This document shows, piece after piece, positions 15,041 to 24,231 of a stretch of DNA of 28,429 bases (its first letter is position 1; each line of letters opens with the position of its first letter). The position numbers were made by a program, and so were the translations under genes. The stretch is from the IMG/VR virus record IMGVR_UViG_3300037408_000622, positions 1 through 28,429 of that record. One strand, given 5' to 3'. Source of the DNA: a virus. Lineage: Duplodnaviria > Caudoviricetes. The notes under the pieces are model-generated. The model saw only the letters and a program-made list of their open reading frames with translations, had not been told where the DNA came from and searched no databases.

Positions 15041-15211
15041 ATGACAAGCCCTGGCGCCGCCCTTTCCGCCATGCGCCGCACGACTCGGCACGTCTGCCCC
15101 GTCTGCGGCGCTTCCTTTGAGGCGCTGCGGACGGCGGTGTACTGCAGCAACCGCTGCAGGCAGGCGGCGAAGTACGCGCGCGTTAGACAGTCTAACAAAA
15201 CGGCCACCTAA
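15041..15211 (+). CDS. Small basic zinc-finger protein (56 aa, CGNR-like); below the ORF-track cutoff
   Basis: Hand translation: MTSPGAALSAMRRTTRHVCPVCGASFEALRTAVYCSNRCRQAAKYARVRQSNKTAT. Confidence 0.75.
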   Translation: MTSPGAALSAMRRTTRHVCPVCGASFEALRTAVYCSNRCRQAAKYARVRQSNKTAT

Positions 15212-15375
15212 CCCATTGAGCGGTAACGGTGTCGGGTTTTCCAGTAGTGCTGACGACGACAGCATCGCAAGCGACTGACGGCTCACGGTAATCGCCGAGC
15301 GCCAGCGTCTAACGGTTGCCTGAACTGAGCCGCGCGAAACAGCAGAAAAACTGCGATTTGCGCGGCGTGTTAGAC
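15182..15375. other. Candidate attP
   Basis: Core-like TGCTG-N7-CAGCA at 15248-15264. IHF-like TAACCCATTGA 15209-15219 and CAAGCGACTGA 15268-15278. Four GTTAGAC/GTCTAAC arm-like heptamers at 15182, 15190, 15307 and 15369. Confidence 0.6.
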
Positions 15376-17043
15376 CCACACGTCGCCATCGAGCGCGTCT
15401 GGGTCGCCGATGTTCACCACGCGGTAGCTGTACGCGCGGGTCTTGGGGTTCCACGCGAAGCGCGGGAAGTCCTCGCGGCCCAGTGGCTCGTCGAGATACG
15501 ACGGGGCGCCGAGGATCTCCTGGAAAAAGTTGAAGGCGACGACCCCGTCGGGCGTCACAGTGGCATCCCGTTGCTGGAAGCGATTGAAACCTATTATCCC
15601 AAAAATACCTTTGTACCCGCCGATGATTTCTATGCCGATGCCGCCGCTCTGCGGTCCCGTGCGATAATTGCGGATCGATAGACCATTGACTGCGTGTTGA
15701 TTATAGTCGCCCTCGCTCGAGGTTATGTTGTCCTCCCCGTCGCTCATCGGCAGGAATTCAGCGAGCGGCCCATCCGGAACCCTTAGCGCCATTCCGCCAG
15801 CGCCGTCGCGCGACGTGTAGTAACTGTCGCTTTCGTAGCAACTGCCGTCGTTGAGGGTGAGCGCCACGATACCCATCCCCGTGCCCAATGGGATGCCGTA
15901 TTGCGAGGTATGAATCGTGCCGCCCCATGTCTTACCGTTGAACTCGAGCTGCCAGTCGGTGTCGCGGGCGATTGCCTGGCCGTAGTTGGCGCCGGCCCAA
16001 TAGTCGGTCTGCGTTTCGGCGCGTAGTTGATCGGTCGTCCTCACGGCGCCGTCTGACTTGATGACCCACTCAACGGTCTGCAGGCTGGTCGAATTGCCGA
16101 GTTTTGTGCCCAGCGCGCAGCTACCGCCGGTTGGATTAAAGTCGATGGTAAGCGCCGCCGTGACCGACAGCGTGTGGCGGCGCAGCGTCCACCCGTCGTA
16201 GTAGACGCACCAGAGGTAGTCCTCGATTTTGCTGTCCATGGTCAGTCTGCCAACCCGTGCGGTGATGGGCGTGCCGGGCGGGCAGATCGGGACGATAGGT
16301 GGGATGTATTCGGCAAGCGTCCGAACGCCCATCGTCACGGTGCGGTCGTGCAGCAGGCTCAGGCTGATGCGCGGCTCGCCCTGCGCGTCCTCTGACATCG
16401 TGGCCAGCAGCCAGCCGACGGCGTAGGGGTTGCCAAAACACTGGATGCCGGCATTTTGATCCCATGAGCCCGGCACGATACCGCGCTTAATGCTCACCAT
16501 GAGCACGCAGGACCGACCGTCCGGCGTCCACGAAAACGGGACGATGACGCCTTCGCTTTCCTCCGACCAGTGGTGGACTGGCAGATGCGGCGACCCCTGC
16601 CCCCAGTCGGCGAGTCCTATCGTGCGCGCGTAGACCTCTGGCGGCAGCGCCTTCAGGTGATCGCCGAACGCACCGAAGCGGCGAATGGTGACATCCAGCG
16701 ACAGCGGCTTGGTGAAGTCGTGAAACACCTGGGTGCCGTCCGGCAGCTTGACCCACCAGACTTTCCCCGACGGCCCCTTGTACAGCCAGCCCCACTTCGT
16801 CAGCGACTGGCGATCAAGGCCGACAGCAGCGAAGTCCTGGCCTGCCACCAGCAGATAGCCGGCGGCGCCCTGCTCCTGCTGCAGCCGCGATCCCTGCGAA
16901 AACCCGGCGATGGGGTCAGTAAGGCCGGTGTAAATCTCGCCGTTCGGCAGTTCGCCGCCGCGGGTCAGGCCGTGGTTCTTGATCTTGAACTCTTTGACCA
17001 GCGCGCCGGGCGGCAGCTCGGGGAACAGCGGTGTGACGATCAC
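15370..17043 (-). CDS. Tail fibre or receptor-binding protein (557 aa)
   Basis: Last gene of the tail operon; rich in beta strands and aromatic residues; AT-richer 3' half. Confidence 0.65.
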   Translation of the reverse strand: MIVTPLFPELPPGALVKEFKIKNHGLTRGGELPNGEIYTGLTDPIAGFSQGSRLQQEQGAAGYLLVAGQDFAAVGLDRQSLTKWGWLYKGPSGKVWWVKLPDGTQVFHDFTKPLSLDVTIRRFGAFGDHLKALPPEVYARTIGLADWGQGSPHLPVHHWSEESEGVIVPFSWTPDGRSCVLMVSIKRGIVPGSWDQNAGIQCFGNPYAVGWLLATMSEDAQGEPRISLSLLHDRTVTMGVRTLAEYIPPIVPICPPGTPITARVGRLTMDSKIEDYLWCVYYDGWTLRRHTLSVTAALTIDFNPTGGSCALGTKLGNSTSLQTVEWVIKSDGAVRTTDQLRAETQTDYWAGANYGQAIARDTDWQLEFNGKTWGGTIHTSQYGIPLGTGMGIVALTLNDGSCYESDSYYTSRDGAGGMALRVPDGPLAEFLPMSDGEDNITSSEGDYNQHAVNGLSIRNYRTGPQSGGIGIEIIGGYKGIFGIIGFNRFQQRDATVTPDGVVAFNFFQEILGAPSYLDEPLGREDFPRFAWNPKTRAYSYRVVNIGDPDALDGDVWV

Positions 17044-17357
17044 GGCGGTGTCGGTGTCACGTCGTCAAAGCCGAACACCACGATCTCGCCGTTGGCGTCG
17101 CGCATGGTGATGGTCTTGAGCGGCAGGTAGACGAGCTGAAACATCCCGTCTGTCGAGTCGATCGTGCGCTCGGCGTAGTAGGTGCGCAGACCACTGATCT
17201 CGGACAACGGCGAGGCGATGCCGGATCTTGCCGAGCCGGGCTTGCCACGTCCCGCCTTGCTCTTGAGGGCGCTGCGCTGTTTGACCGCCGGTAGCCGCTT
17301 GGTGCCGCGCGCCAGCCGTTGCGCCGTGCCGCTGACCAGGCGGCGCGTCGTCGTCAC
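17040..17357 (-). CDS. Minor tail protein (105 aa)
   Basis: GTGA overlaps at both ends; GIASPLSE...STDG.F...DANG..VVF. Confidence 0.7.
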   Translation of the reverse strand: MTTTRRLVSGTAQRLARGTKRLPAVKQRSALKSKAGRGKPGSARSGIASPLSEISGLRTYYAERTIDSTDGMFQLVYLPLKTITMRDANGEIVVFGFDDVTPTPP

Positions 17358-17782
17358 GGCTGCGGCACCTCGTCGACGTCGTCGATGAAGAGGCCAAGCG
17401 TCGAGTCTGACGCGACGCCGCTGAGGGCGTTGGTCGTGCGGATCCACACCTCGACCGCGTTGGCCGAGCCGCTGAGGATCTCGGTCCCGAGCGACAGCGG
17501 ATCGCCGGCAACGGCCGAGCTTAGCGCTGACTGCGAAAGCGCTAACTTGACGGCAGTCGCCGCCGGCGCGGCGCCCAAGTTGCTGTCCGTGATCTCGACT
17601 TCAATGTCGTCGACGCCCGGGTTGGTCGCACGCTGCAGCTTGGTGCCAGTTGCCGCCGAGCCGAAATAGAGGCGCGTGTCCTGATCCGCGCTCGCCACGC
17701 TCGCCAGCTTGCTGTGCAGGATCGAGCCAACCAGCGGGGCCGTCAGCCCCGAGTCGGTGAAGAAGCCGAAGGAGATCGTCAT
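17354..17782 (-). CDS. Minor tail protein (142 aa)
   Basis: FGFFTDSGLT..LYFGS..NPGVD.I; position within the tail operon. Confidence 0.75.
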   Translation of the reverse strand: MTISFGFFTDSGLTAPLVGSILHSKLASVASADQDTRLYFGSAATGTKLQRATNPGVDDIEVEITDSNLGAAPAATAVKLALSQSALSSAVAGDPLSLGTEILSGSANAVEVWIRTTNALSGVASDSTLGLFIDDVDEVPQP

Positions 17783-17793
17783 GGGTCAGGCCC

Positions 17794-19911
17794 TCAAGGT
17801 GCGATGAGTGTCAGCGTGTCGTCTGGGATGTCGACCGTGTACGTGGTCGTCCCGGCGTCGACGTCGGTGGTGGTGAAGTCGTCAGCGATCTCCGGCGGCG
17901 GGAAGGCGAAGGCATAGGAGTAGACGTTGACGCTCGGGTTGGTCGGATTGGCCGACCAGTTGGGCACCGCCGTCGGATCGTAGGTGTAGTTGGTGACGAG
18001 CCCGCCCCAGGTGGGATCCTCTGGCGGCGAGTAGGTGCGCCCCCCGATGTGCAGGCCGAGTGTCACGACCCGGTCGACCCGCGGCTCGGTGGGGTCGGCC
18101 GGCTGTGGCACGGCGGCTGGCGGCGTCGTGGCCACCAGCCCGCTGCCGTTGCGCCGGCTGATCGCCAGCTCGACGGTCGTGATCGCCTCGCCGCTGTCCA
18201 GCGACAGGCGGTCGCGCAGCGCGCGGACCTTGCCCTGGCAAACGAGGGTAGGCAGCGTCAGGCTCAGCGTGTGCCGCAGCGACAGCCCGGGCTGGTAGGG
18301 CATGTCCCAGGTCACGGTGGTGCCGCGGTGGGCGCGCAGGATCTCGCCCTGCGCTGCCGCGACCACGCAGGTCATGGCCTCTTCGACTGCGGCCCGGCCC
18401 GCCGTCGCGTCATCGTACACGTCAGCGATCCAGTCCCCTTCTGGGCTCGAGCGCCCGCCACTGACCGGCGACAGGTCGGACGACTGCTCCCACGCGGTGT
18501 CGGGCTCGGCCGTCGACTCGATGCCATATTCCTCGTCCTGCTCGACCTCGCCGATGGCGGCGAGCGACTGCGGCGCCTCGACCAGCAGGGTGTAGGTCTC
18601 GGTGACGGTCTGGTGCCAGCGCTTGGTGGCACGCCACGAGGCGCCGATGCACAGCGTGGCCGCCACCGCCGGCGCGGTGTTCCAGGCGAGCCCGGTCATC
18701 AGCGAGCCGGCCGAGCGATTGCCGCACCAGTAGTAGCCGTTGGGCCAGAGCGGCACGTAGTTGATGGCGCCATCGAGCTGCCAGCCGCCGGACGTGGCGG
18801 CGCCCTCGACCATCGACCGCTGGCAAAGCTGATAGCTGTCCTGCAGGTAGGCGCAGACGTCCTGCGGTCGCCACACCACGTCGATCCAGCGCTGGCGCTG
18901 GCGCAGGTAGCGGAAGTCGAGCGCGCAGCGGATGCGGTTGACCATGTCGCCGCGCTGCGCGTAGCTGACCTGCGCGCCGTCCGACAGGATGTCGCTCGCG
19001 CCGAGCGCGAGGTCCGCCGTCGCCTTGGCCTGCAGGTCTGTGACGCGCAGGATCCGCTGCTCGTCGTGCCACAGCGCTTGTGTGGTCGTCGACAGCCGCT
19101 GCTGCGCGTGGGTCCAGCCGGTGGAGTCGGCCTCCGACCAGACGTGCGGCGACCAGCGCCCGCCGATCAGCCGCTCGATGTCGGCCTTGGTCATGGCGTT
19201 GCACGCGTCCTGCAGCGCCGTGGTGCAGGACAGCCGCACGCCGGCGAGATCGGTGTCCCACGCCGCGTCGGCGACGATGCCGGTGAACCGCAGGCGCGCG
19301 TAGCTGACGACACCGCCGACGATCTGCGCCCAGCTGATGGTGACGGCCTGGCCAACGTGCAGCAGCGGGTCGACGGCGCCCGCGAGCGGGAGATAGGACA
19401 GCTCGGCGATGGCGGAGGCATCCTCCTCGCGCTCGATGGTGATCTCGCCGTACAGGCGAGCGCTGAGATCGACGCCGCCGACGACCACGACCGGCTGCCA
19501 GAGCACGCTGTCGGCCGCGGCGGCGGCTATCACGGACCCCAGCAGGGTGATGCCGAGGCTGATCGGCCCCGTCTCGCGGCTGACCAGCAGGATTGGCATG
19601 GCGACGGCATTGGCGACGCTGCGCAGCTCGATGGCGGCGCCGATGCTGCCGGTGGCGCGTGACGTCAGCCGGATTGGCCACCCGAGCGAGGCCGACGCCA
19701 TGGCCGACGCGAGAACAATTTGCAGGCCAGGCCCGTTGCGCAGCGTGATGCCGACGCTGACGGTGTCCGCGACGCTGACCAGATCGATAGCGACCGATAT
19801 CGGCCCGGACCACCGCGACAGCAGCGCAATCCCAACCGTGATCCGCCCAGCAGACGACGCCGACGCCCCATACGGCGCCGTCCCGTACGCGCTGCTACCG
19901 TACGGGGTCAT
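17794..19911 (-). CDS. Tail tip or baseplate hub protein (705 aa)
   Basis: GVDLSARL.GEITIEREED...A.L...G..V.I...RFTG.V hub-like motif after an N-terminal repeat segment. Confidence 0.75.
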   Translation of the reverse strand: MTPYGSSAYGTAPYGASASSAGRITVGIALLSRWSGPISVAIDLVSVADTVSVGITLRNGPGLQIVLASAMASASLGWPIRLTSRATGSIGAAIELRSVANAVAMPILLVSRETGPISLGITLLGSVIAAAAADSVLWQPVVVVGGVDLSARLYGEITIEREEDASAIAELSYLPLAGAVDPLLHVGQAVTISWAQIVGGVVSYARLRFTGIVADAAWDTDLAGVRLSCTTALQDACNAMTKADIERLIGGRWSPHVWSEADSTGWTHAQQRLSTTTQALWHDEQRILRVTDLQAKATADLALGASDILSDGAQVSYAQRGDMVNRIRCALDFRYLRQRQRWIDVVWRPQDVCAYLQDSYQLCQRSMVEGAATSGGWQLDGAINYVPLWPNGYYWCGNRSAGSLMTGLAWNTAPAVAATLCIGASWRATKRWHQTVTETYTLLVEAPQSLAAIGEVEQDEEYGIESTAEPDTAWEQSSDLSPVSGGRSSPEGDWIADVYDDATAGRAAVEEAMTCVVAAAQGEILRAHRGTTVTWDMPYQPGLSLRHTLSLTLPTLVCQGKVRALRDRLSLDSGEAITTVELAISRRNGSGLVATTPPAAVPQPADPTEPRVDRVVTLGLHIGGRTYSPPEDPTWGGLVTNYTYDPTAVPNWSANPTNPSVNVYSYAFAFPPPEIADDFTTTDVDAGTTTYTVDIPDDTLTLIAP

Positions 19912-20636
19912 CTACCGTCCCAGTGCTCCACCATCAGCCAGGCGTCGAGATCCACCGCGTCGCCGCTGTCCTGGTACGCAATCAGCCGCACCCGGTCGAG
20001 CACGACCATCGGCATGGTCAGCGAGACGAGGACCGGGCCGGCGACATTCGGGTCGATGACCTGCTCGTTGATGAGCGAGATCGGCGGCACGTTGTAGTAC
20101 GACTGCTGCAGGACCAGGCGCATCGTGCACTGTGCGGTCGGCCCCATCCACTGAGCCAGCAGGCTGACACGGCCGAAGCCACCGTAGAGCCCATCGGTCG
20201 CCAGGTACTTGCCGGTGCTGTTCCAGGGGATGCCGGTGTTGGCGATGACGGTATCGAAGTCGACATAGGTGTTAGCGTCATCCGGCACCGAGAAGCCTGA
20301 CACGGCGAGGATTGCTCCTCTGAACGGCGGATTGTCCGGCACCGGGCCGACAGTCAGCACGACCGCGTCCTGATCGGTCAGGCTGTAGCCGGTGCTCGCC
20401 ATGACCGGCGAGCCGCCGGCGAGCTCGACGGTGTCCGGCGTGCCGGCGCGCAGAAAGCCGACCTCGACCGCCCACTCGTTGCCGAGCTGCACCCAGACCT
20501 GGACCGGATCATCGGCCGTGTAGGCGTCGGACACCGTGTCAAAGCCGGTGTAGCTGCTACCAAGCTCGAAGCTGTTGGTCGCGCTGTCGTAGACGGCGTC
20601 CTGCTTGACGCGGGGCCGGTGCGCGAACAGTTTCAT
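19908..20636 (-). CDS. Tail-associated structural protein (242 aa)
   Basis: Coupled between the Dit-like and hub genes; beta-rich. Confidence 0.65.
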   Translation of the reverse strand: MKLFAHRPRVKQDAVYDSATNSFELGSSYTGFDTVSDAYTADDPVQVWVQLGNEWAVEVGFLRAGTPDTVELAGGSPVMASTGYSLTDQDAVVLTVGPVPDNPPFRGAILAVSGFSVPDDANTYVDFDTVIANTGIPWNSTGKYLATDGLYGGFGRVSLLAQWMGPTAQCTMRLVLQQSYYNVPPISLINEQVIDPNVAGPVLVSLTMPMVVLDRVRLIAYQDSGDAVDLDAWLMVEHWDGR

Positions 20637-21164
20637 TCAGACCTCCTCTGCAGTGAGATCCCAGCCGAACAACGTCCCATCGGCCTCGCGACTCTCGGTC
20701 GGCGGCGAAGCGAAGCACGTCAGCTTTGGGAAATAGACGACCTGGTACTGAGTGGCACCGGACACGGCGCCAAGCGTGGCGACGTTGGCGGCGATGGCGC
20801 ACGAGGTCGGCACCCAGGTTCTGCCGACCAGCGCCCGGCCGTAGGGCAGCGACCCGCTGTCCGTGCGGCGCCCTGCGGGTAGCGTGAACACCAGAGCCGT
20901 CCCGGCCCCGCTGATCGCTCGATGGGCGATGCACTCGATGGTGACGGCCGCAGTCCAGTCGATGCCCTGAAGGCCCGCCGGAATCGCACCTCGGCCGCTC
21001 AACGTGGTCCGCAGCTTGCCTGCCCAGGCCGTGCGCTGGATTAGCGCCCCGCTGGCCAGACGCAGCCGCGCCACTGCCTCGATGGGCTCGTAGCTCTGGC
21101 TGATCTCCAGCCCGGCAAGCTGCGGGATGGTCACCCCGCCGACGATCAGGGCGCGCCCGCTCAT
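20637..21164 (-). CDS. Distal tail (Dit-like) protein
   Basis: First gene after the tape measure; QSYEPI...RLASGALIQRT.W.K...WDLTAEEV. Confidence 0.7.
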   Translation of the reverse strand: MSGRALIVGGVTIPQLAGLEISQSYEPIEAVARLRLASGALIQRTAWAGKLRTTLSGRGAIPAGLQGIDWTAAVTIECIAHRAISGAGTALVFTLPAGRRTDSGSLPYGRALVGRTWVPTSCAIAANVATLGAVSGATQYQVVYFPKLTCFASPPTESREADGTLFGWDLTAEEV

Positions 21165-24082
21165 CGCCGCCCCCGCTTCAGCACCTCGCGGCGCAGCTCG
21201 GCGACGAGCGCCCGACCTACGTCAGGTGCCGTCGTCGCCGCGTAGGACTGACCGCCGAGGTGGATGTTGACCGGCAGGCCCGCGACAGCCGCCGCTGGCG
21301 CGGGGCTCACCAGCGCCGCGGCGCGCTCGACCAGCCCGCCTAGTGCGAACCGCGGCAGCCGGCCGAAGCGGTTGATGTAGTCCATGACGTGCACGCCGAC
21401 CGAGCGCACGGATGGCGCCTTGACGACGTACTCCTTGCGGCTCAGCCGCGCCAGGATGCTGTCCGAAGTGTCAGTCCCAGGACCGAGCACCAGGCCGCCG
21501 GTAGCGTAGCCAGAGGCGGCGCCGAGCGCGCCCTGGGCCGCGTCTGTGCTGGCAGACCCAGCAGCATCGAGATCAGCCTGCGTGAGCACCGGCACGATGA
21601 TCGGCGTCGACGCGAGCACGGCCTCCATTTCTGCGCGCAGGGCCGCCGCATCCTGGAGGGCCGTTGCGCCATCGAAACCGACAGGGATGGCCGCCAAGGC
21701 CGCCGCCTGGTTGCGCAGGTTGTTGATTGCGGTCTCTGCGGCCTCGATGTTGCCTTGCACCACCGAGAGTTCGGCGTCCCCGGCCCCTGCCGCGAGCTGC
21801 TGCGCCTGGTCCAGCAGGGTGTTGAGGTACGGCTTGGTCGCCTTGCCCTCTTTTGCCAGCGCCGCGATCTGCTCCCGTGCTGCCTCGGCTAGCGCCGCTG
21901 CCCGCTTGTAATCGCCCTCGTCCAACGCCGCCCGCCCTTGGTCGAGCGTCCGCCCCGTCTCCAGCACGGTTCCTTGGATTAGCGGATTGGTCGCCGGTGC
22001 ATTGATCTCGGTTCGCGTCTCACCAAACCGCGACTCGACGTCGGCGCGCCGCTTTTCCAGATCCTTCAGATCGTCGAGATACGCGCGGCGCAGCGCGAGC
22101 GCGGTGTCCAGCTTCGCTTTCAGGTCGGCGTTGAGCTTGGCGCGCACGTCGGCCTGCATCTGCAGGTTGCGCCGCTCGATGTCGAGAAGCCCCTGCGCGT
22201 GCTGACGGGCCTGCACGATCTCTGCGCGGGCAAGCCGCAAGCGCTCGCGGGTCGCCTGCGTCGCCTCGCCGAATTGCTCGCTCTCAAGCAGCATCTTCGC
22301 CCGCCAGTACTCCTCGGCGCGCTCCAGCGCTTCCTGCTGAGACTTGGCCTCCGACGCTGTCCCTGCGCTGGCAAACCGGCGGTTGGCGAACTGGGCATTG
22401 GCCGCCATGGTCTGCCGCTGCGCCTCGGCATAAGCATCCGCGTTCTGGCGCGCCGAACGCATCGCCTCGGTGACCTGCTGCATGGCGTCGACGAGCTTCA
22501 GCGTGCCGGCCGTGGCGACGACGAACGGCGCGGCCTGCAGGCCCAGGCTGAAGCCGCGCACACCGAGCGCCGCGGCATCGAACGCCGGCCGCAGCGCCAC
22601 CAGCGGCTTCAGGATCTTCACCAACCCGGCAGCAAACATGACGCCGCGCAGCGCGATGTAGGCGCCCACCACCCCGAGGACGACGTCGCGGTGCTCGATG
22701 AGGCCCTGCGTCAGGGTCTTGAGCACGGCCGCCGCGTCCCCCAGGGCATCGGCGAGGCCGCGCGCCATCTGCTGCAGCTCGCCGGTCTGCGCCATCTCCC
22801 GCATCTCGGCGGCCATCTCGCGCAGCAGCTGAGTGAAGGCATCCAGCGCCCCCGACTGAGCGACTTCGTTGCCGAACTCCACCAGGGCGTTCTTCATCCT
22901 GGCCAGTTCCGCGTCGAACGTCCGAACCGCCTCTGGCAGGGCCCCGGCTATCGACTTCTGCAGCTCGGCCGCGAACCGTGGCAGAAAGTCCGTCGCCGTG
23001 AGCTGGCCCGTCTCGAGCAGCTTGCCAAGCTCCTGGGTAGTGACGCCCATCGCCCGGGCCGCGATCTGGAATGCCCCAGGCAGCCGCTCGCCGAGCTGGC
23101 CCCGCAGCTCCTCCGCCGACACCGTGCCCTTGCTCATGATCTGGGAGACCGCGAGCAGGACCCCTTGCGTGTCCTGCGCCGACACCCCCATGACGCGGCT
23201 CGCGCCAGCGACGGCCGTGAAGATGTCGCGGGTCGCCTTGCCTTCAAGCGCCGTGCCCTTGGCGGCTGCCGCCAGCTTGGCGAACCCGTCACCCACGATC
23301 TGCAACGGCAGGCCGAGCGCCTCACTGGTGGTGCGGATGTACTGCAGGGCTTCGGCGGCGCCGTCGGCCGTCCCCGTCGCGAACCGTAGCGTGGCGCCGA
23401 GCCGCTGGAAGTCGCTGCCAACTGCCAGCACGCCGCGCACGGCCGACATCGCCTTGTGCACCAGGTAGGCATCTGCCGCCAGCAGCGCCATGTGACGCCC
23501 GACGTCGCGCAGCGCGCCCTTGAGCGACGTTGCCGTCAGTGCCGTCTGCTGCAGCCCGGCACCCAGCGGCCGAACGGCGGCTGCCGCCCGGCTGGACGCG
23601 CCGGCGAAGGCGTTCAGCTGCGCTGCCTGCAGCCCCGCCGCCTCGAAGCGAAACGCGCCCTGCGCACGCGCGATCTGCGACGTCAGCCGAGCCTGCTCGG
23701 CCCCGAGCCTGGCGGTATCGACTCCGGCCGCGCGCAGGGCCAGCCCAAGACTCGAAACGACGCCGCGCTGCCGGTCGGCCGCCGTCTGGGCCCTCTGCAG
23801 CTCCCGGGTCGCCGCCTCGATGTCCCTGCGGTACATCTTGAAGCCGGCATCGCCGCCGGCCGCGGCAGACCGCAGGAAGAAATCCCGCTTGCGCTTGGCT
23901 TCGGCAAGGGCGGCATCCAGCTTCTGCAGATCGCGGTTGGCTGCCTCGAAGGCCCCAATCGAGGTGAGCTTCTTCTGCAGGTCAGCCACCAGGGCGCGGT
24001 GCGCCTGGGTAACGCGGTTGAGCTCGGCGGTGGCGTCGCTCGCGTCGGCCGTCAGGGTGATATTGAGATTCAGATCCGGCAT
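21161..24082 (-). CDS. Tape measure protein (973 aa)
   Basis: Ala-rich and helical; SQIMSKGTVSAEELRGQLGERLPGA tape-measure domain; C-terminal ATGG.V.GPGT.TSDSI.ARLS..EYV. Confidence 0.95.
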   Translation of the reverse strand: MPDLNLNITLTADASDATAELNRVTQAHRALVADLQKKLTSIGAFEAANRDLQKLDAALAEAKRKRDFFLRSAAAGGDAGFKMYRRDIEAATRELQRAQTAADRQRGVVSSLGLALRAAGVDTARLGAEQARLTSQIARAQGAFRFEAAGLQAAQLNAFAGASSRAAAAVRPLGAGLQQTALTATSLKGALRDVGRHMALLAADAYLVHKAMSAVRGVLAVGSDFQRLGATLRFATGTADGAAEALQYIRTTSEALGLPLQIVGDGFAKLAAAAKGTALEGKATRDIFTAVAGASRVMGVSAQDTQGVLLAVSQIMSKGTVSAEELRGQLGERLPGAFQIAARAMGVTTQELGKLLETGQLTATDFLPRFAAELQKSIAGALPEAVRTFDAELARMKNALVEFGNEVAQSGALDAFTQLLREMAAEMREMAQTGELQQMARGLADALGDAAAVLKTLTQGLIEHRDVVLGVVGAYIALRGVMFAAGLVKILKPLVALRPAFDAAALGVRGFSLGLQAAPFVVATAGTLKLVDAMQQVTEAMRSARQNADAYAEAQRQTMAANAQFANRRFASAGTASEAKSQQEALERAEEYWRAKMLLESEQFGEATQATRERLRLARAEIVQARQHAQGLLDIERRNLQMQADVRAKLNADLKAKLDTALALRRAYLDDLKDLEKRRADVESRFGETRTEINAPATNPLIQGTVLETGRTLDQGRAALDEGDYKRAAALAEAAREQIAALAKEGKATKPYLNTLLDQAQQLAAGAGDAELSVVQGNIEAAETAINNLRNQAAALAAIPVGFDGATALQDAAALRAEMEAVLASTPIIVPVLTQADLDAAGSASTDAAQGALGAASGYATGGLVLGPGTDTSDSILARLSRKEYVVKAPSVRSVGVHVMDYINRFGRLPRFALGGLVERAAALVSPAPAAAVAGLPVNIHLGGQSYAATTAPDVGRALVAELRREVLKRGRR

Positions 24083-24093
24083 GCTAGGCGCCT

Positions 24094-24231
24094 ATGGAAG
24101 CCAAGATCATCGCGTTGCTCGGCATGGCGGCTCTCTACCTGGCCGGCGGGTGGAGCGCCGTTGCGCTGGTGTTTGTCGCCGTCACCCTGCTGCGCCCACT
24201 CGTCTTTCTGGTCACCGGCCGCCTGCCGTAG
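24094..24231 (+). CDS. Antisense 45-aa membrane peptide (moron-like); below the ORF-track cutoff
   Basis: Hand translation: MEAKIIALLGMAALYLAGGWSAVALVFVAVTLLRPLVFLVTGRLP. Fills the gap between the chaperone and tape measure genes. Confidence 0.6.
   Translation: MEAKIIALLGMAALYLAGGWSAVALVFVAVTLLRPLVFLVTGRLP

Noticed and set aside
15307-15375. Integron attC site (GTCTAAC...GTTAGAC around a hairpin)
   Set aside because: The ends match RYYYAAC/GTTRRRY, but the inner stem is off-centre (15 nt against 2 nt flanks) with no L boxes. The same heptamers recur at 15182-15196, and the integrase is phage-type.
15370-17043. Diversity-generating retroelement target
   Set aside because: No reverse transcriptase and no adenine-variant template/variable repeat pair was seen in the window.
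18049-19662. Long opposite-strand and alternate-frame ORFs (for example 18049..19662+, 22199..23389+, 8172..9278+, 27186..28271+, 5380..6315-)
   Set aside because: Shadows of real genes in high-GC DNA; no motifs, and low-complexity R/A/G/P composition.
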